From: Gloeobacterales cyanobacterium | GTDB lineage: Bacteria > Cyanobacteriota > Cyanobacteriia > Gloeobacterales > PMM-0068 | Assembly: GCA_038245785.1 (NCBI GenBank) | Contig: JBBRSB010000002.1 | Coordinates: 224,001 to 288,000 of the forward strand | DNA length: 64,000 nucleotides | Direction: 5' to 3' | Part shown: positions 1-9,242 of the stretch, piece by piece | Numbering within the stretch: the stretch's first letter is position 1 | Layout of the letters: the number at the start of each line of letters is the position of its first letter | Program-made: the position numbers and the translations under genes | The notes under the pieces: generated by a model | Seen by the model: the letters and a program-made list of their open reading frames with translations, nothing else | What the model was told of the DNA's origin: nothing | The model's database searches: none

Positions 1-1
1 C

Positions 2-142
2 AACCTGAGCGACTACTACCATTCGCGTGAGCGAATTATCGATATAGCCGATTACCTGAGCCGCAAGCTCGAATCCATCCGCCCCGAAGAGTCACGTAAC
101 GCAGCCATACTGCGCGACTTGGTTCGCAACGAGCACTCTTGA
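2..142 (+). CDS. 3' end of an upstream gene, probably the DUF1156 adenine methyltransferase of a restriction-like anti-phage operon (partial)
   Basis: The frame is open from the window edge (NLSDYYHSRERIIDIADYLSRKLESIRPEESRNAAILRDLVRNEHS*). Its TGA overlaps the next ATG (TGATG). Identity is inferred from the usual gene order before PLD-SNF2 proteins. Confidence 0.55.
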   Translation, partial: NLSDYYHSRERIIDIADYLSRKLESIRPEESRNAAILRDLVRNEHS

Positions 143-2853
143 TGGGACTACAACGGTTTTCATCACGCCGACAAAGGCTCGACACGACTTTTCTGGCACC
201 GAAGCTGCAGGGTGCCAAATCGTACCGCCGGATTGCTGGCTATTTTCGCTCATCCATCCTTGAGCTGGTTGGCGAAGAAATCGGCGATATTCCCGTAGTC
301 TGCATTGTCTGCAATAGCGAACTTGACCTAAGGGATATCCAGGCTGCCAAGGCTGCCCGTGAAGCCGCCCTCAAAGAAAAATGGAATGAAACGCCGATTC
401 AGGCTGAAGCGATTTTTCATCAGGACCGATACCAACGACTCTATGAGCTACTACGGAGTGGGCGGCTCAAAATCAAGGTAGTTCCCAAAGACAAAGTTTT
501 TCTGCACGGCAAGGCTGGTGTGATTGAGCTTGCTGACGGTACCAAAACCAGCTTTTTGGGGTCCGTCAACGAAAGCCGCTCGGCCTTTGCCACCAATTAC
601 GAAATCCTCTGGGAGGACAACTCGGCTGAGGCGGTGGCCTGGGTAGAGGAAGAGTTTGAAGCCCTCTGGAAGGATGGCCACGACCTGCCCGACGCCATCA
701 TTGAAGAGGTTGGGCGTATTGCCAGTCGGGTTGAGGTGCGTTTCCCTGAACTAAAAGATCGCGAAATCCCTGGAGCCGTGATGGTGGAATCACCGCTTTA
801 TCGACAGGGTGAGCAGCTTCAGCCCTGGCAACGGGCATTCGTGAGCACGTTTCTTGACCATCGTGAGCGCTATGGCAAGGCGCGTTTGCTAATTGCTGAT
901 GAGGTGGGTCTAGGCAAAACCCTATCAATGGCCACTAGTGCCTTGGTCTCGGCACTTTTGAACGATGGCAAGGTGCTGATTTTGTGTCCATCGACGCTGA
1001 CATTACAGTGGCAGGTAGAGCTCAAAGACCGATTGGGAATCCCCAGTGCGGTGTGGGTCTCTAACAAAAAGCACTGGCTTGACCCTGATGGGCATGTGAT
1101 TCCTACGCGTGGCCCTGAAGATGTGATTCGTTGCCCCTATCAGATCGCGATTGTTTCGACGGGTTTGATCATCCAGCCGACTAGAGAACGCGAGGTTTTA
1201 CTCACCGCCAAATATGGCACTTTGGTACTTGATGAAGCCCATAAAGCCAGACGTAAAGGTGGTTTTGGGGATGGTGCTAAATCACCTAACAATCTTTTGG
1301 AATTCATGCTCAAGGTTGCACTACGCTGCCGCCATTTGATCTTAGGGACGGCCACACCGATTCAGACAGATGTCGCAGAGCTTTGGGATTTGTTGTCTAT
1401 TTTGAATGAAGGCGCAGATTTTGTTTTGGGTGGGTATGCAAGTCCCTGGAAAAATGCCGATCAGGCGCTGCACTTAGTGACTGGCAAGCGAGGTCCGTCC
1501 GATGCGCGTGAGACATGGGAACTCCTGCGGAGTCCACTGGTTTGTTCGGATGGGTTTGATAACGGAAGGTTTGACATGCTGCGGAATGCCCTGAGCCTGG
1601 CACGCGGTGAATTTTTCAGTTCATTGCCTTATGGTGATCTGTCGCCCATCGAGCAATACCGGGTCGATGAGCTTATAGGTGACTGCGATTTCTTTCGTCG
1701 CAACAACCCGATTGCTCGTCATACCGTTCTTAGACGGCGGCGAGATCTTGAGGATAAGGGCTTGCTGGAAAGAGTAGCGGTGGACATCCATCCAAATCCT
1801 AATGGGCAGAACCATGCCTATGCGGGTATTGCCTTCATCGATGGCCTGGGCCTCCTGACCAACGCACCCTTTCAAAATGCGTACGAAGCGGCAGAGCGTT
1901 TTACCGAACTATTACAAAAACGAACTAAGGCAGCCGGGTTCATGAAAACTCTGCTTCTGCAGCGGATTTGCAGCAGTTTTGCTTCGGGTCGCTCAACGGC
2001 TCAGGCAATGCTCGACAAAAGGCTTTTGGAAGAAGAAGAGAATGCTCATCTCGTGTTAGAAGAACTTTCGAAACTTACACCAGCCGAGGCTGAGCAACTA
2101 GCGGCCATTACGTTTGAGCTCTCAAGGCCTGAGGCAACTGACCCCAAGCTGGATGCAGTGCTAACGTTTTTGTCTGAGGTCAAATCAGCGGGCAAAACGT
2201 GGCGTGAACATGGCTGTATTGTTTTTAGCCAATACTATGACACCGCTGATTGGGTGGCCTCAAAAATTGCCCAGCGTTTCCCTGAAGAGGTGGTAGCGGT
2301 ATATGCGGGAGTGGGAAAGAGTAAGCTTTATCGAGCCGAACGGGCCGTTGCCGTAGAACGCGAAGCAATTAAACAGTCTGTCAAAAAGAGAGACATTCGC
2401 CTGGTCGTTGCTACGGATGCAGCCTGCGAAGGGCTCAATCTACAGACCCTTGGCACGCTCATTAATGTAGATCTGCCCTGGAATCCATCGCGCCTTGAAC
2501 AGCGACTTGGGCGTATCAAACGCTTTGGACAGGCACGAAAGTCTGTGGACATGCTCAACCTCGTTTATCACGAGACCATGGACGAGAAAGTTTATCAAAA
2601 GCTTTCAGAGCGTATGAGAGACAAGTTCGATATTTTTGGGGGCATGCCGGATGTCATTGACGATGACTGGATTGACGACATTGAAAAATTCGAACGCCAG
2701 GCGGATAAGTACATCGAGATGCGTAAACAGCAGAAGGATGTATTCGCTGAGAGATATGGCTCTGACTTCGACGTGAATCGTGAACGGTGGGAACTCTGCA
2801 CCAAAGTTCTTTCGAGAAGCGATATTGATCATGTACTAGAACGACCTTGGTAA
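142..2853 (+). CDS. PLD-like nuclease + SNF2-family helicase fusion, anti-phage type
   Basis: N-terminal HxK motif (LHGKAGVI...GSVN), Walker A DEVGLGKT, DEAH, TATP and motif VI QRLGRIKR. Confidence 0.88.
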   Translation: MGLQRFSSRRQRLDTTFLAPKLQGAKSYRRIAGYFRSSILELVGEEIGDIPVVCIVCNSELDLRDIQAAKAAREAALKEKWNETPIQAEAIFHQDRYQRLYELLRSGRLKIKVVPKDKVFLHGKAGVIELADGTKTSFLGSVNESRSAFATNYEILWEDNSAEAVAWVEEEFEALWKDGHDLPDAIIEEVGRIASRVEVRFPELKDREIPGAVMVESPLYRQGEQLQPWQRAFVSTFLDHRERYGKARLLIADEVGLGKTLSMATSALVSALLNDGKVLILCPSTLTLQWQVELKDRLGIPSAVWVSNKKHWLDPDGHVIPTRGPEDVIRCPYQIAIVSTGLIIQPTREREVLLTAKYGTLVLDEAHKARRKGGFGDGAKSPNNLLEFMLKVALRCRHLILGTATPIQTDVAELWDLLSILNEGADFVLGGYASPWKNADQALHLVTGKRGPSDARETWELLRSPLVCSDGFDNGRFDMLRNALSLARGEFFSSLPYGDLSPIEQYRVDELIGDCDFFRRNNPIARHTVLRRRRDLEDKGLLERVAVDIHPNPNGQNHAYAGIAFIDGLGLLTNAPFQNAYEAAERFTELLQKRTKAAGFMKTLLLQRICSSFASGRSTAQAMLDKRLLEEEENAHLVLEELSKLTPAEAEQLAAITFELSRPEATDPKLDAVLTFLSEVKSAGKTWREHGCIVFSQYYDTADWVASKIAQRFPEEVVAVYAGVGKSKLYRAERAVAVEREAIKQSVKKRDIRLVVATDAACEGLNLQTLGTLINVDLPWNPSRLEQRLGRIKRFGQARKSVDMLNLVYHETMDEKVYQKLSERMRDKFDIFGGMPDVIDDDWIDDIEKFERQADKYIEMRKQQKDVFAERYGSDFDVNRERWELCTKVLSRSDIDHVLERPW

Positions 2854-3060
2854 GCTCATCAAAGATTTCGTACAAACCAGATCTGCAGAGTGTTGACAGC
2901 GGCTTAGCACATTAGCCTCAATACTTTCTAACAATAACCACCCATACTATCCACCTCTTTTTATCTCTTATCCTCTGTCTCTTCCCTCTTCCTAGCTTGA
3001 CACTCTCACCCAACTTTTATGTTATATTTTTATATAACAGAGACTTTAACGAGGTGCAAT

Positions 3061-3318
3061 ATGCATACAGCCAATCTCCGCAAGGTCGGTGGCTCGGTCA
3101 TGTTGGCTGTGCCGCCTGCGATCCTCGAACTGCTGCATCTACAGGCGGGGGCAACGGTTCGTATGGCTGTCGAAAGCGGCTGCCTGATGATTGAACCGCT
3201 ACCGCGCCCGCGCTACAGTCTAGATGAGCTTCTGGCCCAATGTGACGCATCGGCTGAACTAACTGAGGAAGATCGGGAATGGCTCGATGCTAAGCCAGTC
3301 GGCAACGAGCTTTTGTAA
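3061..3318 (+). CDS. AbrB/MazE/PemI-family antitoxin
   Basis: MHTANLRKVGGSVMLAVPP...YSLDELLAQCD...WLDAKPVGNELL. RBS GAGG upstream; TAATG overlap with the toxin. Confidence 0.9.
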   Translation: MHTANLRKVGGSVMLAVPPAILELLHLQAGATVRMAVESGCLMIEPLPRPRYSLDELLAQCDASAELTEEDREWLDAKPVGNELL

Positions 3319-3674
3319 TGGATCGCGGTGATATTTACCTGGTCTCTCTTGACCCGACTTCTGTCCATGAACAGCCCTTCGATAAGACTCAGGAGCCACA
3401 AGACACGCGGCCCGTTTTAGTCGTCTCACCAGCTGCCTTTAACCGTTTAACGAAAACTCCTGTAGTGCTACCGATCACCAGCAAGGGGAACTTTGCTCGC
3501 ACGGCAGGCTTTGCTGTGTCGCTGAAAGATGCCGGGACAAAAACAACGGGTGTTGTACGGTGTGATCAACCCCGCGCCCTCAATCTTGACTCGCTCCGTG
3601 CCCGCAAGCTTGAAAGTTTACCCGCATCGATCATGGATGAAGTGCTGGCGAAGCTGGCCCCCATTTTTGATTGA
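3318..3674 (+). CDS. PemK/MazF-family endoribonuclease toxin with an 8-aa insertion
   Basis: RGDIYLVSLDP...RPVLVVSP...PITS...CDQPRALN. An extra PFDKTQEP lies between HEQ and QDTRP. Confidence 0.9.
   Translation: MDRGDIYLVSLDPTSVHEQPFDKTQEPQDTRPVLVVSPAAFNRLTKTPVVLPITSKGNFARTAGFAVSLKDAGTKTTGVVRCDQPRALNLDSLRARKLESLPASIMDEVLAKLAPIFD
3375..3398 (+). repeat. 24-nt small dispersed repeat, inserted in frame in the mazF-type gene
   Basis: CCCTTCGATAAGACTCAGGAGCCA resembles the copies at 4605-4630 (minus strand) and 4726-4750. Confidence 0.7.
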
Positions 3675-3892
3675 ACGGTTGCTCTGTGATTGACAAAGCC
3701 ACGCTATGCGAATCAGCCTGTGGTCTGCATCTGTGGGGAATACTTGCTGATTGCATCCAACAGCTTCTGGGCCTCTCTTTGCGCTCGGCTTCAATATATA
3801 TGTGAACTATGGCTGGAAAGAATTATGGGAACGTGGTGATGAACCAAGAAGGAGAACATAGGATTAGAGCAGATGGTCAAAGGATAAATATC

Positions 3893-4120
3893 ATGAAAAT
3901 CGATACTGAAGGAAGGATTCCCCTTCCCTTCGAAATTCGAGAAAAGCTTGGTCTACAGCCCGGTACAGAGATCCAAATTGAGGTCATAGGGAATACGCTG
4001 CAAATCCGCAAACCCATAAGCCCCGGTCGAGGAGCGCAAGTAATCGCGGCAATGAAAGGTAAAGCAACAAACCGACTGACCACTGACGACATTATGCAAC
4101 TCACTCGTGCAGATCCATGA
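3893..4120 (+). CDS. AbrB/SpoVT-fold antitoxin (VapB-type)
   Basis: MKIDTEGRIPLPFEIREKLGLQPGTEI...TTDDIMQLTR; ATGA overlap with the PIN toxin. Confidence 0.85.
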   Translation: MKIDTEGRIPLPFEIREKLGLQPGTEIQIEVIGNTLQIRKPISPGRGAQVIAAMKGKATNRLTTDDIMQLTRADP

Positions 4121-4497
4121 CCCATATTCTGGTTGACAGCAACGTGGTCCTAGACATTCTGACCGAAGATCCCCAGTGGTTTACATGGTCAGCGCAAATG
4201 CTAGCCGATTACGCCGATCAGGGAGATTTGGTGATTAACCCTATCATTTATGCCGAAATTTCCATGGGATTCAATCAACCCGAAGAATTCTTTCGCCGAG
4301 ATCCTTTACCTTACGCCGCAGCTTTTCTCGCAGGACAGAGCTTTCTGCAATACCGTCGTCGCGGTGGTGAGCGGCGATCGCCTCTACCTGACTTTTACAT
4401 TGGCGCTCATGCTGCTGTTGCAGATATGCCCCTACTAACCCGCGATGTCAACCGTTACAAGACTTACTTTCCATCAGTGAAATTGATTGTGCCCTAG
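4117..4497 (+). CDS. VapC/PIN-domain toxin, probably with a short internal deletion
   Basis: ILVDSNV, YAE, PDFYIGAHA and LLTRD PIN motifs. Confidence 0.88.
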   Translation: MTHILVDSNVVLDILTEDPQWFTWSAQMLADYADQGDLVINPIIYAEISMGFNQPEEFFRRDPLPYAAAFLAGQSFLQYRRRGGERRSPLPDFYIGAHAAVADMPLLTRDVNRYKTYFPSVKLIVP

Positions 4498-4604
4498 GTC
4501 TCGGGGTAGGTCACTTGAAAATTTGTGACACTAAACAAACAAAACCAGGGAGTAAAGGACTACTCAAGATGTCAGAATCGGTCAAGGTTTCAGCAAGTTG
4601 CAGG

Positions 4605-4630
4605 GCGGTCCCAGAGCCTTGACGAAGGGC
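4605..4630 (-). repeat. 24-nt small dispersed repeat inside the Uma2 pseudogene
   Basis: Minus strand reads GCCCTTCGTCAAGGCTCTGGGACCGC, flanked by repeated GCCCT. Confidence 0.7.
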
Positions 4631-4725
4631 ATTATCTTTTTGGCGATAAACCTCAATCTGTTTTTTTCTCCAATCTGCGATCCATTACTCCGTGACGTTT
4701 TGCGCCGAATATAAATCTAGCTTTA

Positions 4726-4750
4726 GCCCTTCGAGAAGCCTCAGGGACCG
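4726..4750 (+). repeat. Small dispersed repeat at the Uma2 deletion junction
   Basis: GCCCTTCGAGAAGCCTCAGGGACCG, the same family as 3375 and 4605. Confidence 0.7.
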
Positions 4751-5015
4751 CCAATTGGGAACTATCTGACCACAAATCTAAGAGCGTATAAAGTTTGCCG
4801 CATACCTCTTGATGCCTCCAGTGTGGTGCTCTGGTCACGAATAGGTCTCCGTCAATTATTTCGTAACGGTTCCCGTTTTCCTGTAGGTCCAGCAAATTAG
4901 CACTTGTCCACTTTAAAATGGCCTTGGTCATAGACCCTTCTAAGCAGTCCTGTCATTCTACGTTCTGCTTCTATATAAGGCTCTGAGTCTCTACTATTCA
5001 GGGTTTCAAAAATTT

Positions 5016-5086
5016 AGGCGGCACCCAGATTCGAACTGGGGGTAAAGGATTTGCAGTCCTCTGCCTTACCACTTGGCCATGCCGCC
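5016..5086 (-). tRNA. trnC: tRNA-Cys (GCA)
   Basis: Reverse complement GGCGGCATGGCCAAGTGGTAAGGCAGAGGACTGCAAATCCTTTACCCCCAGTTCGAATCTGGGTGCCGCCT folds as a cloverleaf with a TTCGA T-loop. CCA is not encoded. Confidence 0.96.
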
Positions 5087-5187
5087 TTATCGACTCAAGC
5101 TTTGAGCCAAGCAATGGTAACACAGTCTACACGCTCTCCCATACGGGAATAAAGAGCGCTGTGTTTATTCTAAGTGGACAAACTTGA

Positions 5188-5448
5188 TTAAGCGCTAACC
5201 TGGGTTCCAGCAAACAGCATGACCACAGCAGCCGATACCAGACTCACCCAAGCGAACATCCCAAGGCCCATAGCGCTGAGGGGGAAACTAGCCAAGCCCA
5301 ACACGGCTCCAATACCAAATATCCAGGCTGCAGAGCGCTTAGCGGGAAATAACTCACAGGTAGGATGAAGCAGCTCACAACTGGGAGCTTCAGGGTCCAG
5401 CGAAGGACTAAACAATTCGGTGTAGGCGCGGTCGATAGGGCTATACAT
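5188..5448 (-). CDS. Small hypothetical protein with two C-terminal TM helices
   Basis: ATG start with GGAG upstream; hydrophobic C-terminal half. Confidence 0.55.
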   Translation of the reverse strand: MYSPIDRAYTELFSPSLDPEAPSCELLHPTCELFPAKRSAAWIFGIGAVLGLASFPLSAMGLGMFAWVSLVSAAVVMLFAGTQVSA

Positions 5449-5577
5449 ACTTTCTAATTTCTCCGCTGGTTACGTCTACAAAGGCCATTCAACAAATGGC
5501 GCATCCTACAAAGATAATGAAAAAATCATAAACTTCAATGTTTATTCCCACAATCGTGATGTTTGTTTACACATGCA

Positions 5578-8500
5578 CTATGAAACGGCTAGAGCCTGAG
5601 CAGATTCTGCCCGTATCTTCATTCCTAGAATCTTGGAGCGTCCATCGCTGGCCAAGGTGACGCCCAGCGTACGGTCAGACCGCTCAATCATTGGGCGGCG
5701 AAGAGAAACAACTAAGAATTGAGCAGACTTTGCTTCTGATTGGAGCATATTCGCCAAGAGTTCCACGTTCGCGCCATCGAGGAACATATCGACTTCATCA
5801 AAGGCATAGAAAGGAGAAGGACGATAGCGCTGGAGGGCAAAAATGAAACTCAGCGCTGTCAGAGATTTCTCCCCTCCCGACATCGATTCTAAGCGCCGTA
5901 CTTTTTTACCCTTTGGATGGGCCACTAGAGTTAATCCACCTTCAAAAGGACGCTCAGGATTATCTAGTTGCAAATGACCATCTCCATCGGAAAGCCTTTC
6001 AAAAATCATCTGGAAGTGCCCGTTTACAGCATCAAAAGCTTCCATAAAAGAAGTGAATTTGAGCGTGTCAAAGTTTTCAATGCGCAAGAGTAGTTCTGTC
6101 CGTTCTCGCTGCAAGGTATCCATCTTCTCGGTCAAGCCATCTAGACGCTCCGTAACACGGGCATATTCATCAATTGCCAACATATTCACTGGCTCTAGAG
6201 AGACCATCTTGCGTTGCTTTTTCTGACGCTGATTTTGGAGTTCTTCTAGGGTCAAGTCTTCAGGAATTTCTTCTTGTGCCGCTACCACTTCCTCTTCTGC
6301 AGACTGGAGTTGCGCTAACTGCTGCTGCTCCTGCTGGATTTTCTCTGCAAGTTGCTGCTGGTTCCATTCCTCCTGTTGACGTTGTTTCGTTAAGATCCGC
6401 AGTTGCTTCTCCTGCTCGTCTCGATGGAGTTTAATATCGCGCAGATGTTGTTCTAAAGCATTGGCCTGTTGTTGCAGTTCCTGGATTCGTTCTTGGATTT
6501 GCAGCTTTTGGCTCTGGAAATCCTGGGACTTCTGTGCATTCTGGGTTTCATCCAAGCTGATCTGAGCAACCCGTTCTTCTAAGTTCTGAATTTTCTCTTG
6601 GCACAGTTTCTGGTCAAGCTGTAACGCCTGGAGCTGTGCTTCTATATTCCGCGCTTGCGCATTGGAGCGCTCCAGTTCTAGCTCTAGCTCTTGAGCCTGC
6701 TGTTGAATCGCTTGCCAGGACTGATGAGTTGCATCCGCTTCCAAGGCTTTCAGTGCCTCTTGCAAGCGGCCAATTTCTGCACCCAGTGGAGTGAGCGTAT
6801 TTTCCTGCTCCTCTTGCGTGGCCCGCTGGCTGGTGAAGAGCACTTCTTGCTGCTGGAGCAAGGTAGCTAAAGTTTCCTGGCGTTTAGTAGAAGACTGAAC
6901 TTCTCGCTCTAGTTGGTCTTTTCTCCCTTCTAGCTGCATTTGCTCTCGTTGGGCCGCGTAGATATCCTGCTGCAGGCTTTCCACCTTCTCGTTATGCTGA
7001 CGCAACCGATTCTGCAGCGCTTGCACCACCGTATTGATATCTTCTAAGCGTTTGCTGAGCTGTTGCACTTCATCGGATTGTTCTACTTTGGCAAATCCCC
7101 GCAGAGATTGACGTTGGATGCTGCCCCCGGTCATCGCCCCAGATTTTTCGAGCAATTCTCCTTCCAGGGTGACAATGCGATAGCGGCCCAAGTGACGACG
7201 GGCGCGGGCAAGGTCATCAAAGACAAGGGTATCGCCAAAAATAAAGGCAAAAATATCAGCGAAATGGTCATCAAATTCCAGAAGATTGATAGCGTAATCG
7301 ACGAGTCCTTCTTCCCTCAGGGCAGGCAAATAGCGTGCGGGCTGCATCCGCTTGAGGGGAAGGAAGGTCGCTCGTCCTGCCCGTTGCTGCTTCAGCAGGG
7401 CAATTGCCTGGCTGGCAGACTCTTCATCGGTCACTACGCCATAGTTCAGACGGCTACCGGCTGCAATCGATAGGGCCAATTCATAGGCTTGCTCAACCCT
7501 GCCCAATTCTCGGACCGTCCCTAAAAAGCCCGTCAAATTGGCTTGGCGGATCACCTGCATCGCCCGGTCGCCATCTTGCTCTTGGCGGAGATTGAGTTGT
7601 GCTTCTAAGCGGTCGAGCTGGCGGCGCTTTTCCTGTTGTTCTTGCTCCAGGCGGCGGAGGGTCGTAGTTTCGGTGAGAGACGATTGCTTTTGCTCCGTCA
7701 GTTCTTTCTGGAGAAGCTCCAGTCGCTCCGTGACCTTGCTATGGCTTTGGCGAAGCTGTTTAAGGGCCTCACTTTGCTCAGTTAAGACCTTGGTTAAATG
7801 CTGCTTCTCTTGGCCATATTCTCCTAACTTTGCCGCACCTTGCTCAATCTGAGAGGCTAGTTGCGTATTCTGCTGCCAAAGAGGTTGATAAAGGGCTTGC
7901 TGCTCCTCCAAGATTTGACGGAGCTGGGTTTGTTCTTGGAGCCACTGGGCCGAAGAACTAGAGACTTCCTGTAGTCGCTGACGAGTTTGGTCTAAGCGCG
8001 TCTTATCTTTTTCGACCCTTTGCTGACAGGTAACCAACAGAGCGGACTGGTTTTGCATCTGCTCTTGGTAGCTAATCTGCTGAATATCTAATTCATCTCG
8101 GTCGGCAGCGAACTTGCGCAACAGTCTCTGGCGCTCCTGTTTTTGCTGCTCCAAACTTTGGAAAGATTGCTCCAACTGTTGTAATTGAGCTTTATGCTGC
8201 GCGAGTTGGGTTTGTAGCTGGAGATGTTCCTGTTCAGAGATCTCTTTAATGTGCTGATTGGCCTTTTCTAAGGTGGTCTCTTGCTCAGCAATCTGGACCT
8301 CAAGCTGCTTGAGCTCTTTAGCTTTCTGTTTGAGCTGAGCTTCATCTTGGGCAATTTGGGTAGTCAGGCGAACAATATGCATTACTCGTTCCCGGACCAT
8401 GAGGATGCCTTCCCAGCGGTCCAGCTGTTCAATATCAGAACGCAACAGCTTGTAGGCTTGGGCTTTTTTTTGCTCTTCGGCTAATCGGGTCTGAGCATCT

Positions 8501-9087
8501 TGGAGCTCTTGTTGGATGACTTTAAGCCGGTCTTCTTGGACTTCTACTTCATCCAATTCGCGACGGGCTGCTTCAATCTTGCGGTCAAAGGCCGCCACTC
8601 CAGCCATTTCATCAATGATTTCCCGACGTTCCCGGCTGTTCATCGAGATGATGCCGGTGACATCCCCTTGGAGAACGACGTTGTAGCCTTCCGGATAGAT
8701 TCGCCGCTGGGCCAAAGCTTCATGCAGCTCCGTAAGCGTACAGGGCTGGTCATCCATGTAGTAGGTACTGGCGTAGTTCTGACCATTGACTCGAAGTTTG
8801 CGCCGTACTTGCCACTCTCGCTCTGAGCCATCTTCCTCAGGAATTCCAAAGGTGGCGGTTACAATCGCTTCCCCACGGCTTGCCCCTTGATGGAGTAAAT
8901 CCGAAAGTTTTTCAGCCCGCATCCCCCTGGTGGTGGAAAGGCCCAGACAAAAGAGCAGTGAGTCAATAACGTTCGATTTACCTGAACCATTGGGTCCCGA
9001 AACTACCGTAAAGCCGTCATGGAGCGGGATCTTTACGTAGGAACCGAAAGACTTAAAGTGGTCAACTTCCAAACACTTAAGGTACAT
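5578..9087 (-). CDS. smc: Chromosome segregation protein SMC
   Basis: FKSF, GPNGSGKSN, long coiled coils, hinge (GRATFLPL, GAMTGG), MSGGEK and FDEVD. Start set at MYLKCL. Confidence 0.97.
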   Translation of the reverse strand: MYLKCLEVDHFKSFGSYVKIPLHDGFTVVSGPNGSGKSNVIDSLLFCLGLSTTRGMRAEKLSDLLHQGASRGEAIVTATFGIPEEDGSEREWQVRRKLRVNGQNYASTYYMDDQPCTLTELHEALAQRRIYPEGYNVVLQGDVTGIISMNSRERREIIDEMAGVAAFDRKIEAARRELDEVEVQEDRLKVIQQELQDAQTRLAEEQKKAQAYKLLRSDIEQLDRWEGILMVRERVMHIVRLTTQIAQDEAQLKQKAKELKQLEVQIAEQETTLEKANQHIKEISEQEHLQLQTQLAQHKAQLQQLEQSFQSLEQQKQERQRLLRKFAADRDELDIQQISYQEQMQNQSALLVTCQQRVEKDKTRLDQTRQRLQEVSSSSAQWLQEQTQLRQILEEQQALYQPLWQQNTQLASQIEQGAAKLGEYGQEKQHLTKVLTEQSEALKQLRQSHSKVTERLELLQKELTEQKQSSLTETTTLRRLEQEQQEKRRQLDRLEAQLNLRQEQDGDRAMQVIRQANLTGFLGTVRELGRVEQAYELALSIAAGSRLNYGVVTDEESASQAIALLKQQRAGRATFLPLKRMQPARYLPALREEGLVDYAINLLEFDDHFADIFAFIFGDTLVFDDLARARRHLGRYRIVTLEGELLEKSGAMTGGSIQRQSLRGFAKVEQSDEVQQLSKRLEDINTVVQALQNRLRQHNEKVESLQQDIYAAQREQMQLEGRKDQLEREVQSSTKRQETLATLLQQQEVLFTSQRATQEEQENTLTPLGAEIGRLQEALKALEADATHQSWQAIQQQAQELELELERSNAQARNIEAQLQALQLDQKLCQEKIQNLEERVAQISLDETQNAQKSQDFQSQKLQIQERIQELQQQANALEQHLRDIKLHRDEQEKQLRILTKQRQQEEWNQQQLAEKIQQEQQQLAQLQSAEEEVVAAQEEIPEDLTLEELQNQRQKKQRKMVSLEPVNMLAIDEYARVTERLDGLTEKMDTLQRERTELLLRIENFDTLKFTSFMEAFDAVNGHFQMIFERLSDGDGHLQLDNPERPFEGGLTLVAHPKGKKVRRLESMSGGEKSLTALSFIFALQRYRPSPFYAFDEVDMFLDGANVELLANMLQSEAKSAQFLVVSLRRPMIERSDRTLGVTLASDGRSKILGMKIRAESAQALAVS

Positions 9088-9242
9088 AGACCAGCCCAGG
9101 CTATTCGCATATGGACAGATATACTCTGTCTCTTGCAGAATTCTACCTATAGCGTCTCCATAGAGCAAGACCAACTAGGGGTAGAGTTCAATTTCAGTTG
9201 TAAATTTGTATTTAGACAGTGACGGAATAATAAAATGATCCG

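Larger units (their letters stand above)
4511..4931 (-). pseudogene. Uma2-family (PD-(D/E)xK) endonuclease pseudogene
   Basis: N-terminal RYEIIDGDLFVTRAPHWRHQ. The catalytic middle is missing. The C-terminal part (KLDLYSAQNVTE*WIADW...SPLLPGF) is in another frame with an internal TAA. It carries two repeat copies. Confidence 0.85.

Noticed and set aside
3680..3892. N-terminal extension of the AbrB ORF from 3809 and nearby spacer DNA
   Set aside because: The AbrB fold starts at ATG 3893 with AAGGA upstream, and the extra sequence is unassignable.
4511..4931. Programmed frameshift or stop readthrough in uma2
   Set aside because: The catalytic middle is deleted and lesions are multiple, so decay is the simpler explanation.
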